A DNA stretch of 64,000 bases from a virus. The position numbers and the translations under genes are program-made. This document shows positions 42,950 through 52,521 of the stretch, piece after piece; position 1 is the stretch's first letter; every line of letters begins with the position of its first letter. Location of the stretch: IMG/VR virus record IMGVR_UViG_3300050821_018050, positions 95,806 to 159,805 of that record, one strand, 5' to 3'. Below the pieces are notes generated by a model, which did no database searches, was not told the DNA's origin, and saw nothing but the letters and a program-made list of their open reading frames with translations.

Positions 42950-43789
42950 TCAACGAGCACTGATTTCTTCCACTTTGCCGCCCGAAATTGTCTTTCCATG
43001 AAGGGAATTAATTTGTGTTACGTGCTTTACGATAAAATCTTTTATTTGCACTGGAGAGATGTCTGGGTACCTTGACAAGACTTCTGCTGCAACGCCCGAT
43101 ACAAAGGCCGCCGCTTGCGAAGTACCGCTCATTTTGCCATAGCGACCTCCTGGGAGAGTACTTAAAATGTCTTGCCCTGGAGCGGCGACATCTACAGATT
43201 TATGACCCCAATTTGAAGATGCTAAAAGTTCATTTTTATTATTTATAGACGCTACGGTAATAATATTTTTTAAACCTTTTCCTTCATAAGCTGCGGGGTA
43301 GTATCGATTATCTGATAAATCAGTATCTTTATGATCATTACCTGCCGCTGCCACGACCAAAATACCTTTATCCTGCGCACGTTTTATTGCCTGGAACTCA
43401 TCTTCGGAATATTCCGGGCCTCCGCCCGAATAATTTATAATCTGAGCACCGTGATCTATGGCATAATTCAATGATTTTATAGTATTAGATAAATTTACGC
43501 TACCGTCAGCGGTTACATCGTAATATCTAACTGGCATAATTTCTATATCTTTAGCCATTCCTGCAATTATACCAGCAATATGTGTACCGTGACCGTGGAA
43601 ATCTACTATATTAGGCGAATTTGATACGAAATCCCAGCCAGAGTTGCCTTGATGGTCTTTCCATAGTTTCTCTTTGAGGTCGGGGTGAGTAATATCTACG
43701 CCGGTATCTACTACCGCAACGATCACCTTGTGACCTTGGATTGCAAACGAAAACGGGCTACCAAAAAATAGAATGAGCAGTAACGCCAT
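42950..43789 (-). CDS. subtilisin-like S8 serine protease with signal peptide
   Basis: VAVVDTG, HGTHIAG, AAGN, GTSQA. Confidence 0.92.
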   Translation of the reverse strand: MALLLILFFGSPFSFAIQGHKVIVAVVDTGVDITHPDLKEKLWKDHQGNSGWDFVSNSPNIVDFHGHGTHIAGIIAGMAKDIEIMPVRYYDVTADGSVNLSNTIKSLNYAIDHGAQIINYSGGGPEYSEDEFQAIKRAQDKGILVVAAAGNDHKDTDLSDNRYYPAAYEGKGLKNIITVASINNKNELLASSNWGHKSVDVAAPGQDILSTLPGGRYGKMSGTSQAAAFVSGVAAEVLSRYPDISPVQIKDFIVKHVTQINSLHGKTISGGKVEEISAR

Positions 43790-43815
43790 TATTTAATGAT
43801 AGCCCATAAAAGTTA

Positions 43816-44991
43816 TTATGTCAAGCTTTCTACAGCTGGTTTACGCCCAAGATTATCTTTTTCGTAAATAGCCGCAAGTAGTTCATCATAAAGGATTTTT
43901 TCGTCTCGAATAGCAGTTAAGCAGGCTACTAATCCACGAAAATTGCGATCTTTAAAGGAATAGGTGACATTATTCGGTTTTTGGATAATACCCATATTTT
44001 TAGCTAGCGTGAAAACTTCTTCGTACTGGTTGATTAAACCTTTATTGTAGTCAAAAGTTACTTCTGCGGTACGGCCCGCTACACCAAATGAAGTTTCATC
44101 GATACGCAAACGGATCTTGTGGGCGGTTCCCGCTGCTTTATCCATAAAATCAGTTGTTGCCTCGTCCAAAAAAGCTTCGCCCGCGAGAGATTCTTTCCCG
44201 GCTTTTGATTGATTTCGCTCGACATACGCGAAGATTTCAACTTTATGTTTGGTACTTAAAGCACCATTCATTTTCATTGTTTTACCGCGCATTTGCTCTT
44301 TCATGTCCATTTCAGAACGTGCCTGGGCTACCAAAATGAGAGCAATCTTATGTTTTCGGATAATTGGCTTGATGCGATCTAGTCCATCAGAAAGTGTTGC
44401 GGCTCGGTCACCGATTTGCTGAGTAAGGATCGTGGTTGCGTTTTGTGTACGACGACCAGTAATTTCACTCAGAGAATCGATTACAATAGCTTTGATCTTG
44501 GCACCTTCTTGGCACATAGCATTGATATCTTGCTCAATACGGTCGAATACCAGTTCAGGAGCATTGACATCGAAAGTGATGTGACGAGTTTGATCAATAC
44601 CAAATTTTTTGGTCATATCGTCGCTACCTTGGAATTCTCCACGCAATTCTGTATTAAAGGTTACGGTGATAGCTTCGGAATCATCTTTGTGGCATTGGCC
44701 TAAAAAGGCATTTGCTAAAAGCGATTTACCGCATTTTTGCGGCCCCCATAAAATGATTGACGTACCGTAAGGTATTCCATGACCATCTAGCGCAAATGCC
44801 CAATTAATGCTAGGACTAGGACTTTGTAGGCAGTTTTCCAAGGCTTTGGAATTTGGATTAACTGCGCCGTCTAGTTTGCGAAGCTTATCCATATACTTTT
44901 TGGTAACACCTTTTCCCATTTTGGGTTCAGGTTGATCTTTATCTTTATCTTTATCTTTATCTTTATCTTTATCTTTATCTTCTGTACTCAT
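43816..44991 (-). CDS. RecA/UvsX-like recombinase
   Basis: GIP.G....LWG..KCGKS Walker A, IVIDS Walker B, IG.RA..L. Confidence 0.88.
   Translation of the reverse strand: MSTEDKDKDKDKDKDKDKDQPEPKMGKGVTKKYMDKLRKLDGAVNPNSKALENCLQSPSPSINWAFALDGHGIPYGTSIILWGPQKCGKSLLANAFLGQCHKDDSEAITVTFNTELRGEFQGSDDMTKKFGIDQTRHITFDVNAPELVFDRIEQDINAMCQEGAKIKAIVIDSLSEITGRRTQNATTILTQQIGDRAATLSDGLDRIKPIIRKHKIALILVAQARSEMDMKEQMRGKTMKMNGALSTKHKVEIFAYVERNQSKAGKESLAGEAFLDEATTDFMDKAAGTAHKIRLRIDETSFGVAGRTAEVTFDYNKGLINQYEEVFTLAKNMGIIQKPNNVTYSFKDRNFRGLVACLTAIRDEKILYDELLAAIYEKDNLGRKPAVESLT
44935..44981. repeat. (ATCTTT)x7 microsatellite encoding a poly-KD tract
   Basis: 7 perfect copies plus a partial copy at the RecA N-terminus. 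Confidence 0.95.
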
Positions 44992-45608
44992 GTTTGTTCC
45001 TTATTGAAATCTCTATAGGCTGCAATTACATCATCGTCCGCTAAGGACTTCTTGGTTTCATTTTTACCCATAAAGTTTTGTTGCGGTTCTGCTAGTTCAC
45101 CATTGAAGGCATTAAATGACCCGTGTCTTTGTTGCGGTTGTGCAATTAAATTGCGGCAACTATAATAGGCACGTTCAAATAATCTATGTTTTGATTCTAA
45201 AAATTCCTTAGAGGCTTTGAGGCCATTTAAAATATCGAGTGCTCTGCTGCAGTCGGCATCTCTAATGATCATTGCTTCGCGGTAATCTTCGTTGATCTTG
45301 ATTCCGCTTTCTTTGAGTTTAAGGGCCTGTTCTGGTAATTTATCTAAAATTACCGTTGCCTTGCATAACCCAAATTCTTTTTCTGCTTGAAGTATTTCAT
45401 AATTAATCCAGCTTATATACTTACCAATTAGCCCCGACGCTTCGTTAAACGCCGAGGTTAATTCGATAGCTGTATGCGGATTAACAAATCGAGTTTCGGG
45501 CAGCCTACCTTCTGCAAGATAGACTGCACTCATGTCGATTGTGAAAGGCTTCAAACCCGGCACTCCCCTTGGTATTACCAAGAATTTGCTATCGAGTTGA
45601 AAATCCAT
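44988..45608 (-). CDS. putative UvsY-like recombination mediator
   Basis: Helical protein between SSB and recombinase; K.NE..REA.I..D pattern. Confidence 0.5.
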   Translation of the reverse strand: MDFQLDSKFLVIPRGVPGLKPFTIDMSAVYLAEGRLPETRFVNPHTAIELTSAFNEASGLIGKYISWINYEILQAEKEFGLCKATVILDKLPEQALKLKESGIKINEDYREAMIIRDADCSRALDILNGLKASKEFLESKHRLFERAYYSCRNLIAQPQQRHGSFNAFNGELAEPQQNFMGKNETKKSLADDDVIAAYRDFNKEQT

Positions 45609-45616
45609 TGGATGCC

Positions 45617-46756
45617 TTATTTCGCTTTTTGTGAAAAGATATTATGAAATTCTGCGTCTGAAAGCGTACCTGATGGTTTTGTAGTATGGCTTGGATGAGT
45701 AGTCGGAGTTTGTGAGGTCATTGTTCCTGGAGCTACATATCCGGCTGTCTGATATCCAGGATTGACTGGAGCAGGCCCGGTTACGGGTGGAGCTGAATAA
45801 TTTTGCTGAGTTTGGTAAGTACCCTCCACCCCTTGAGCTGGAGATGATAAAGATGGCAATACTACATTTAAATTGCCATCACTAGTTTGCTCTACGCGAG
45901 GCACGGCTACGGCATTAGTGCCAGGAATAGCAACATTCATAGTAGGTTCGGGCTTTTTAGTAACGTCAGAACGTCCTACGATGCGATCCACCACTAAACC
46001 ACGTTGTTCTGCTGGAGCAATCGCAAGCAATTGGAGATCTTCCGCTGTTGGGATAACGTGAAGCGATACGAGATCTTCGGTTTCTGTACCTAAACGATTG
46101 ATAATATCTTGTGTCAATTCATGAACCTTAGCTTTTTCAACCATTTCTCCATTCATGTTGACCGATTCACGGAAAACATCTACTGAATAAGTCACATCAA
46201 CTTTGCGAGCGCCTTGAACGCGCTTGAAATTAAGGAAAATCCCGCGCATGCCAGTAATATCAATATTTTTTTGATTATATTCAGCAGCAAGAGCTTTTAG
46301 GCTTTGGAAGGCGGTGATCGGAAGAGCGAGTGTTCCAATTTGATTATCTTGAGTGATAACATTTACGTAGTATTTTTTACTTGGAGTAAAGGGTTTAATA
46401 TAGTTTTGATAAAAACCATCGAGCTGCTCTTCTGTAGCGCCAGCTTGTTTCATCATGTCTTGTTGAGCCTTGTACTCTTTTAATTTTTCAGCCAATGGAT
46501 CAACTACGCGAATAGTTTTAGTTTTCGCATCGAATTCCTCAATGCTAGAAAACCAACGAGTCTTACCATTTGAGTCCATGAAGTTTTGATAGACAGACCA
46601 ATATTTATAGTATTGACCCTTAGCCGCAAGTGAATGTAGAGGTGGCAGTACGCGGAAAATATTATTTCCATTATTTTTATCTGAAAGATAGTAGGTATTA
46701 CGTTTTTGGAAGCCTGATTGGCCGCCGAAGTTTGAGGATCCGATTTGAACTTGCAT
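45617..46756 (-). CDS. gp32-like single-stranded DNA-binding protein
   Basis: RVLPP, YYVNV, G..L...R......TY.V; low-complexity C-terminal tail. Confidence 0.7.
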   Translation of the reverse strand: MQVQIGSSNFGGQSGFQKRNTYYLSDKNNGNNIFRVLPPLHSLAAKGQYYKYWSVYQNFMDSNGKTRWFSSIEEFDAKTKTIRVVDPLAEKLKEYKAQQDMMKQAGATEEQLDGFYQNYIKPFTPSKKYYVNVITQDNQIGTLALPITAFQSLKALAAEYNQKNIDITGMRGIFLNFKRVQGARKVDVTYSVDVFRESVNMNGEMVEKAKVHELTQDIINRLGTETEDLVSLHVIPTAEDLQLLAIAPAEQRGLVVDRIVGRSDVTKKPEPTMNVAIPGTNAVAVPRVEQTSDGNLNVVLPSLSSPAQGVEGTYQTQQNYSAPPVTGPAPVNPGYQTAGYVAPGTMTSQTPTTHPSHTTKPSGTLSDAEFHNIFSQKAK

Positions 46757-46758
46757 TA

Positions 46759-47514
46759 TTACTCCAGTGTATTAGTAGTTTCTTTAGGTTTTTTAGTTTG
46801 TTTTGGTTTTAAGTCATTGAGGATGCCTTTTAAAGAACTGTTAATTCCGTGGAGGGCTCCTGCAACATCTTTTTCTGTTACTTCTGAATCAATATCTGCA
46901 GCCCGAACCGGAACTGGCAAAAATTGCGTTGGTGAATTCCTATGATTATAAATAATTACAGGAAAATTTTCGCCCGCAAACTTTTTTTCAAAAGCTTGTT
47001 TAGAAATTCTGCGAATCGCTGCTAGAGCATAAAGATCATTTCCAAATGTTCGGTCAATTAATAATTGGACAGATTCGCGAATCGGCAAGTTGGCAGCTTT
47101 GTCATTTGTTGAAAATTCAGGATTAGCTAAAGATTGAATACCAAGCTCTACTTTTAGTTTATTCAGCTCATCCATAAGCATTTCATACTCTTGATTTGAA
47201 AAGTTAGGGCGATGTGAGCGGCTTTTAATTGCGTTTGTTAATTCGTCTACAAGCCCTGTAAAATCATAAGTAATTATTCCAGATAATCGTGTTGCGATAT
47301 CAGAAAATTGCTTAGAATAATCACCCGAAAGAGCAATCACTTTTAATATTTTTGGAATATAATCGAGATATTCTGCTTCAGATTCTCGCATTAATCGTTG
47401 CCCATTGCGCTTAAGTGCAAATCCTCCTGCGGATACTGCTGGGGCCATTTCTTCCGGTACAATGTTTGCTTGTGCTTTTGCGTCTTTATATCGTTCTAAA
47501 ATTTCTTTTAACAT
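46759..47514 (-). CDS. hypothetical protein
   Basis: ORF track; GGAG RBS. Confidence 0.7.
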   Translation of the reverse strand: MLKEILERYKDAKAQANIVPEEMAPAVSAGGFALKRNGQRLMRESEAEYLDYIPKILKVIALSGDYSKQFSDIATRLSGIITYDFTGLVDELTNAIKSRSHRPNFSNQEYEMLMDELNKLKVELGIQSLANPEFSTNDKAANLPIRESVQLLIDRTFGNDLYALAAIRRISKQAFEKKFAGENFPVIIYNHRNSPTQFLPVPVRAADIDSEVTEKDVAGALHGINSSLKGILNDLKPKQTKKPKETTNTLE

Positions 47515-47548
47515 TATTTGATCTCCATTTGGTATATTACCATAATTT

Positions 47549-50500
47549 TTATATTGTGCTTAAAGATTTAATTTGTTCGCGGGTGATTAATGGGGTAACT
47601 GCTTTTAACCGTACTTCCCATTGGCCATTCTTTTTATTATACCCTCCGTGATATATTAACATACAAACTAATCCTTTAAATCCGCTTTCTGCTTTTGTTT
47701 CACCATACTTAGGCCAAACAACTTCTTCGTAAAAGAGTCCTCCTACGTCTACAGACATTTGATTTCTACTTTTAGATTTATTGGCATAATCTTTAATTTT
47801 TTCATCGATTATATATCCGATCATTCCGATCGTCTTTCCTTCCTGGAACCGCCCACCTTCTACAAGTACCTTGAACGTATCAAAATAGGTGCCATTTATT
47901 ACGTCAATTTGCTGGTCGCTACGACCATAAATATATGTATTAAATTCATCACACCATTTCCATTTCCACATCTGATAGCCCCCAGCGGTTACCAATTCGC
48001 CGCCTCTATTAGGCAAAACGATCGGGCGTAAGTCTTCGGAATAAACCTGTACGAGTTGTTTTTTGATGAGATATCTTCCAAGATCTCCAAGCCCTATGTA
48101 TTTTTCAGGCACTGCTTGTTTCTTTTTGCCTTTTGTTTTGGCCAAAAGCTCTTCGAATAAATCCAATTTTTCAACTAATTGCAACGGATTTGGCATTAAT
48201 TCATCTAATAGGCCGGAAACAATTAATTTTCTAACCATTTCTTCGGTTACGGGTGCCCGACCATTTTCACCTTTAGACTGGGTCACGGTTACAAAATGCT
48301 CGAAATCTTTATACGGGGCATTTTTAACAATATGCTCGTAAGTTTTTTCACCCAAGCCTTTAATAATAGAAAACGGTGCCACTAATCTATCGCCCAAAAT
48401 TTGAAATTCATCTGAAGAATTATTTACGGATGGTAAATCTGTAAAATCACTTACATAGCGCCAAAATTTAGAGGCCAGCTCATCGCGACTAGCGTTAGAC
48501 AGAATGGCTTTCCACCAGTCTAAAGAGTAATTTGTTTTCAAATACATACATGCATAAGCGGTATATGCATATGAAATCGCATGCGATTTATTAAAAGAGT
48601 ATTTTGCAGACGCCATGATTTGTTTCATCAACAAATCAGCCTGATATTCACTCCATCCACGGTTCAAGCAAGCTGTTTTAAGTCTAAGTGAGCATTCTAA
48701 AAGAGTTTTTTCATCTTTTTTCCCGATGGCTCGTCTAACCGATTCAGCCTCTTCATAAGACATTCCGCCAATGTCCCGGAAAATTTGTAAGGTTTGTTCT
48801 TGGTAAAGAGCGATTGCATTGGTTTCACCAAGAATATGCTCTACGTCTGGATGCACAAAGTTAGGTCTCTCTAATCCTTGTGCGCATGAAACGAATACTT
48901 GCTCAAGCGTTCTGCCATCTTCTGATGGAGCGTCAAGGGTTCCGGGACGATAAAGCGCGGTTACACTGGCCAAGGCTTCCAAATTTTTTGGTTTAATTGC
49001 AATCAACCCTGGGCGGACCGTGGGGGTGTCGAATTGAAATACTGCCTCAGATTTTCCTGCAGCAAAATTTTCCCAACATTTTGGATCATCTGGTAAATTA
49101 TATGGGTCAAGGCGTATGCCAGTTCTTTGATAAATAGAACGAATACATGCTTGAATATCTCTCAAAGTATTTAAGCCTAAGAAATCGAATTTAATACCAC
49201 CGGCAGCTTCTACCGATTTAGGGGTAAATCCCGTTAATCTTGTACCATTTAAAGTAATGACGGGCATTACATCTTGAATTGGAACCGGAGCGATAATGGT
49301 GCCGCACGCATGAGAGCCGCGACTACGCTGAATGCCTAGCATTTCAGTTACAGCAGCCCATACAGCCGGATTATCTTGTGCATACTGCTGTAACTTACTA
49401 TTTTGTTCGAATAAACCGGCATGATGAACGTCGGCTTCATCTTTATACCCAAAAACAAACTCAAAGTCATTAACGCCTTGCGGAGTAACAGGAAGCGTTT
49501 TGGTAAAGGCTTCTGTGGATGCTCGAACTTCACCGTAAATGTGACGCTCGGCATCTTTAATCGCTGACTTAATACGCAAGAGCTGCTCTGTACTGATACG
49601 ACAAAAACGATCCCCATATTTTTTCTCCAAATACTCAAATACCGCCCCCTGATCAGAAATATCGATATCTGCGTCTGGCATTGATTTGGAACGAATCCGG
49701 CCTGGAGTAATGAAACGCTCCCAGCTTAAGTTATGTTTAAGGGGGTTAATTGCAGAAATACCCAGCAGATACAACATCAAAGATCCGCCGCCAGATCCCC
49801 GAAGATTAATTAAAATGTCATTTTCTTTGCAGTGTCGTGCGACATCTTCGACAATATCCATATATGGAATCAAATTAATCTCACCATTATTGGTCAAATC
49901 GTTGATTTCTTTTTTGAGTCGTTCAACCATTTCTTGGTTTTGCCAGTCCATTCGATTATGATAATCAATTTTTTGCTTTAATTCGCTCATCCAATTAGGT
50001 GAAGGAACATCTAAAAGCCAGCGGGTCTTATTTGTCGGCATTTTAAAGTCATTGAAGCGGCTGGCCCAGTCATAGGAGTTTTCGACCCAAGCATTAAATT
50101 CAGGGCGCTCAACGCCGATCTGAAGGTGAAGGGCTTCGTAGGATTCTTCAGAGGTAAGAAGATGGTAAGAGTTATAGAATCTCCATGCTTCGTCCCCGTT
50201 ACTGAGACGCGCATCTTGTGTGGCTTTTTGTTCCGGGTTTGCAAAGTGACTGTCCAGCGAAACGAGGACTTTATCAGAATACTTTTTTGCCAATCGGCAT
50301 ACGAATGTATTAACGTATTTTTGAATATCGCCGTCTGGCCATTGAGGTTTGCATTCATTGAGTCTAAAAACTCCAGTACCCTCTTCGCGAATATTGTTAT
50401 CGTCATATTTTGGTCTAATCCAATCATGTGTGGTTGAATGTGGAAATACTTCTACGAAAAAATCATTAATTCCGCCCAATTCGCGCAAATTTTGATAATA

Positions 50501-51115
50501 AATCTCAGCTTGAGATTCGCTAGCCTCAAGAATACCATCTCGGGATCCCATTAATGTTTTGCCGATCATGCCAACCAAGCAACTTGAGCCAACAGTAATT
50601 TGGCCTTTCATTGCGTAAATTTCTTCGAATAAAGCTACTGGTTTTACTTCTCCGTACCGAACGATTGCCCGAGCGTTCATTTTGGGAGATAATTTACAAA
50701 AATATTCATAGGCTGCATAAGTCTTAAAATGAATAGTCATATGAAAATAGAAATCATGAACCTTACGTTCAATTTCAGCTAAAACTTTTTCTTCATTGAT
50801 TTTAAGATATGGATCTTTCAGGCGGGATTTAAATAATGGATTTTTTGTTTTCCATGCATTCAAATAGGCTTGCCTAATGGCGTCAGCCTGTGGATGAGCT
50901 AAATACAACTCAATGCCAATGATGGGTTTAAGTCCATGCTTTGGTGCTTCTGTGTATAACTTCATAGCAGATGACATGTTTCCATGCTCTGTTAAAGTAA
51001 TGTGAGAAGAACCCATCTCTGCTGTGCGCTCGCATAATTGAGCAACGGTAGCGGCTCCATCCAGACTATCGTCAGAATGACCGTGAAAATTATTTAATTG
51101 CCTAAAGTCACACAT
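47549..51115 (-). CDS. dnaE: DNA polymerase III alpha subunit (family C)
   Basis: PHP H.HS..S.LDG, TEHG, RGSG.GS, PD.DID, HACG, KFDFLGL, YSFNKSHA..Y. Confidence 0.95.
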   Translation of the reverse strand: MCDFRQLNNFHGHSDDSLDGAATVAQLCERTAEMGSSHITLTEHGNMSSAMKLYTEAPKHGLKPIIGIELYLAHPQADAIRQAYLNAWKTKNPLFKSRLKDPYLKINEEKVLAEIERKVHDFYFHMTIHFKTYAAYEYFCKLSPKMNARAIVRYGEVKPVALFEEIYAMKGQITVGSSCLVGMIGKTLMGSRDGILEASESQAEIYYQNLRELGGINDFFVEVFPHSTTHDWIRPKYDDNNIREEGTGVFRLNECKPQWPDGDIQKYVNTFVCRLAKKYSDKVLVSLDSHFANPEQKATQDARLSNGDEAWRFYNSYHLLTSEESYEALHLQIGVERPEFNAWVENSYDWASRFNDFKMPTNKTRWLLDVPSPNWMSELKQKIDYHNRMDWQNQEMVERLKKEINDLTNNGEINLIPYMDIVEDVARHCKENDILINLRGSGGGSLMLYLLGISAINPLKHNLSWERFITPGRIRSKSMPDADIDISDQGAVFEYLEKKYGDRFCRISTEQLLRIKSAIKDAERHIYGEVRASTEAFTKTLPVTPQGVNDFEFVFGYKDEADVHHAGLFEQNSKLQQYAQDNPAVWAAVTEMLGIQRSRGSHACGTIIAPVPIQDVMPVITLNGTRLTGFTPKSVEAAGGIKFDFLGLNTLRDIQACIRSIYQRTGIRLDPYNLPDDPKCWENFAAGKSEAVFQFDTPTVRPGLIAIKPKNLEALASVTALYRPGTLDAPSEDGRTLEQVFVSCAQGLERPNFVHPDVEHILGETNAIALYQEQTLQIFRDIGGMSYEEAESVRRAIGKKDEKTLLECSLRLKTACLNRGWSEYQADLLMKQIMASAKYSFNKSHAISYAYTAYACMYLKTNYSLDWWKAILSNASRDELASKFWRYVSDFTDLPSVNNSSDEFQILGDRLVAPFSIIKGLGEKTYEHIVKNAPYKDFEHFVTVTQSKGENGRAPVTEEMVRKLIVSGLLDELMPNPLQLVEKLDLFEELLAKTKGKKKQAVPEKYIGLGDLGRYLIKKQLVQVYSEDLRPIVLPNRGGELVTAGGYQMWKWKWCDEFNTYIYGRSDQQIDVINGTYFDTFKVLVEGGRFQEGKTIGMIGYIIDEKIKDYANKSKSRNQMSVDVGGLFYEEVVWPKYGETKAESGFKGLVCMLIYHGGYNKKNGQWEVRLKAVTPLITREQIKSLSTI

Positions 51116-51124
51116 TCATAATCC

Positions 51125-51349
51125 TTACACGCCGAAGGATTTTTGTAATTTCCTTATAGCGCTTTTGTGTAGTTTTTCTAGCGTTTCCGGCGTAATATGC
51201 ATCGCCTTGCAAATTATCGTATCCGGTACACCATCCGGGTAATCTTCGACTAATTGCTTTATTGAATTATCATACTTCGGAAAATCGATATAATCAACAT
51301 CGTTTTGAATTCTATTAGAAACCGCTATTTTATCCTTAGATATTTTCAT
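51125..51349 (-). CDS. small sigma70-region-4-like HTH protein
   Basis: I...M.IT.E....L...AI.KL resembles the sigma r4.2 helix pattern. Confidence 0.5.
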   Translation of the reverse strand: MKISKDKIAVSNRIQNDVDYIDFPKYDNSIKQLVEDYPDGVPDTIICKAMHITPETLEKLHKSAIRKLQKSFGV

Positions 51350-51726
51350 GGTTTTTTAAACTCCAAAACTTTAAGAGAAACCACTTCTCGCTGAGCGTAT
51401 AAAGCTTCCACATGTTTTTCGATTTCAGAAATTTGTTTTTGAATAGCATTTAGTCTTTCTCGCAAGGTGTGAGCATCTTTTTGTAAAGATGCCATTGATT
51501 TTTTAATATTTCGTAATTCATTCAAAGAAACGCATTTAGCTTTTCTTTTTAAATACCCTAAAGTTTCCTGTAGTTGCGCTATATGTGCATCAGCTGAATC
51601 AACCAAACCGCGAGCTGAGATTCCTTGAAGCTTTAATTTACGAATATCTACTCTTGCTGCCTCGATTTTTACGATCAGCTCTTCTTCAAAAATATTAGTG
51701 CCAGTTGGTACAGCCCACAAAGTCAC
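51346..51726 (-). CDS. coiled-coil protein
   Basis: ORF track. Confidence 0.7.
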   Translation of the reverse strand: MTLWAVPTGTNIFEEELIVKIEAARVDIRKLKLQGISARGLVDSADAHIAQLQETLGYLKRKAKCVSLNELRNIKKSMASLQKDAHTLRERLNAIQKQISEIEKHVEALYAQREVVSLKVLEFKKP

Positions 51727-52046
51727 GATCTCTCCCTATGTCCACAATCTTTACAAATAAGGATTTTAGTCCTTGGAGTATCCAATAAAAATACTTTTTT
51801 AGACTTGCACGCCTTACAGGATGTCTTAGAGTCGGACTTTTCCACGGGAACCTTCTTTAATTTTGGCTCTTTCGGAATCGTCGAAACTATAATTTCCAGT
51901 TTTTTGATCGTTTTGCGCAAAGAAATATTTTCGGTATTCAAACCATCATTTTCTTTCGCAATTTCTCGTAGTTCTTTTTCTAAGTCAGTGATTGATTTCT
52001 GACCACGACCGCGAGAAGTAGATGCACGCTTAACTGATTTAGACAT
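51723..52046 (-). CDS. coiled-coil + Zn ribbon protein
   Basis: CKAC...CKDC. Confidence 0.7.
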   Translation of the reverse strand: MSKSVKRASTSRGRGQKSITDLEKELREIAKENDGLNTENISLRKTIKKLEIIVSTIPKEPKLKKVPVEKSDSKTSCKACKSKKVFLLDTPRTKILICKDCGHRERS

Positions 52047-52062
52047 CAGTTATATTATACCA

Positions 52063-52521
52063 TTATTTCTTTATTTCTATGTGACCATTTAGATAATCGA
52101 TCGCATTATTCAAATAATTAACGGAATCTTTTAATAAACCGATGCCACGATTGCAGTCGCCACATAGTAAACCTCTAACTTTACCTGTTTTATGGCAATG
52201 GTCTACTTGTAAAGTTTTATTAGAAGGGGTTTTACAAATAAGGCAGGTTCCATTTTGAGATTTTAAAATAACTTCATATTGATCGATATCAATACCATAG
52301 CGAATCTTCATTTTGTATGAAATCTTTTTTCTTTTAACCTCTGGTTTTTGAAGTGATTTTTTGCCATTTAACAAAGCCGCTTCTCGATTATTTTTAGACC
52401 ATTCGCATGCCTGTTTACTATGACATTTTCTACACCAAGTACTATGACCGTCTTTGTATTCTTTGTGCTGCGGGAACTCTGATAATCCAAAGATACCATA
52501 GCATTTTGTACAAGTTTTCAT
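52063..52521 (-). mobile_element. endonuclease VII-type HNH homing endonuclease
   Basis: Q.G.C.IC......L.VDHCH.TG.VRGLLC..CN.GIG...D. Confidence 0.9.
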
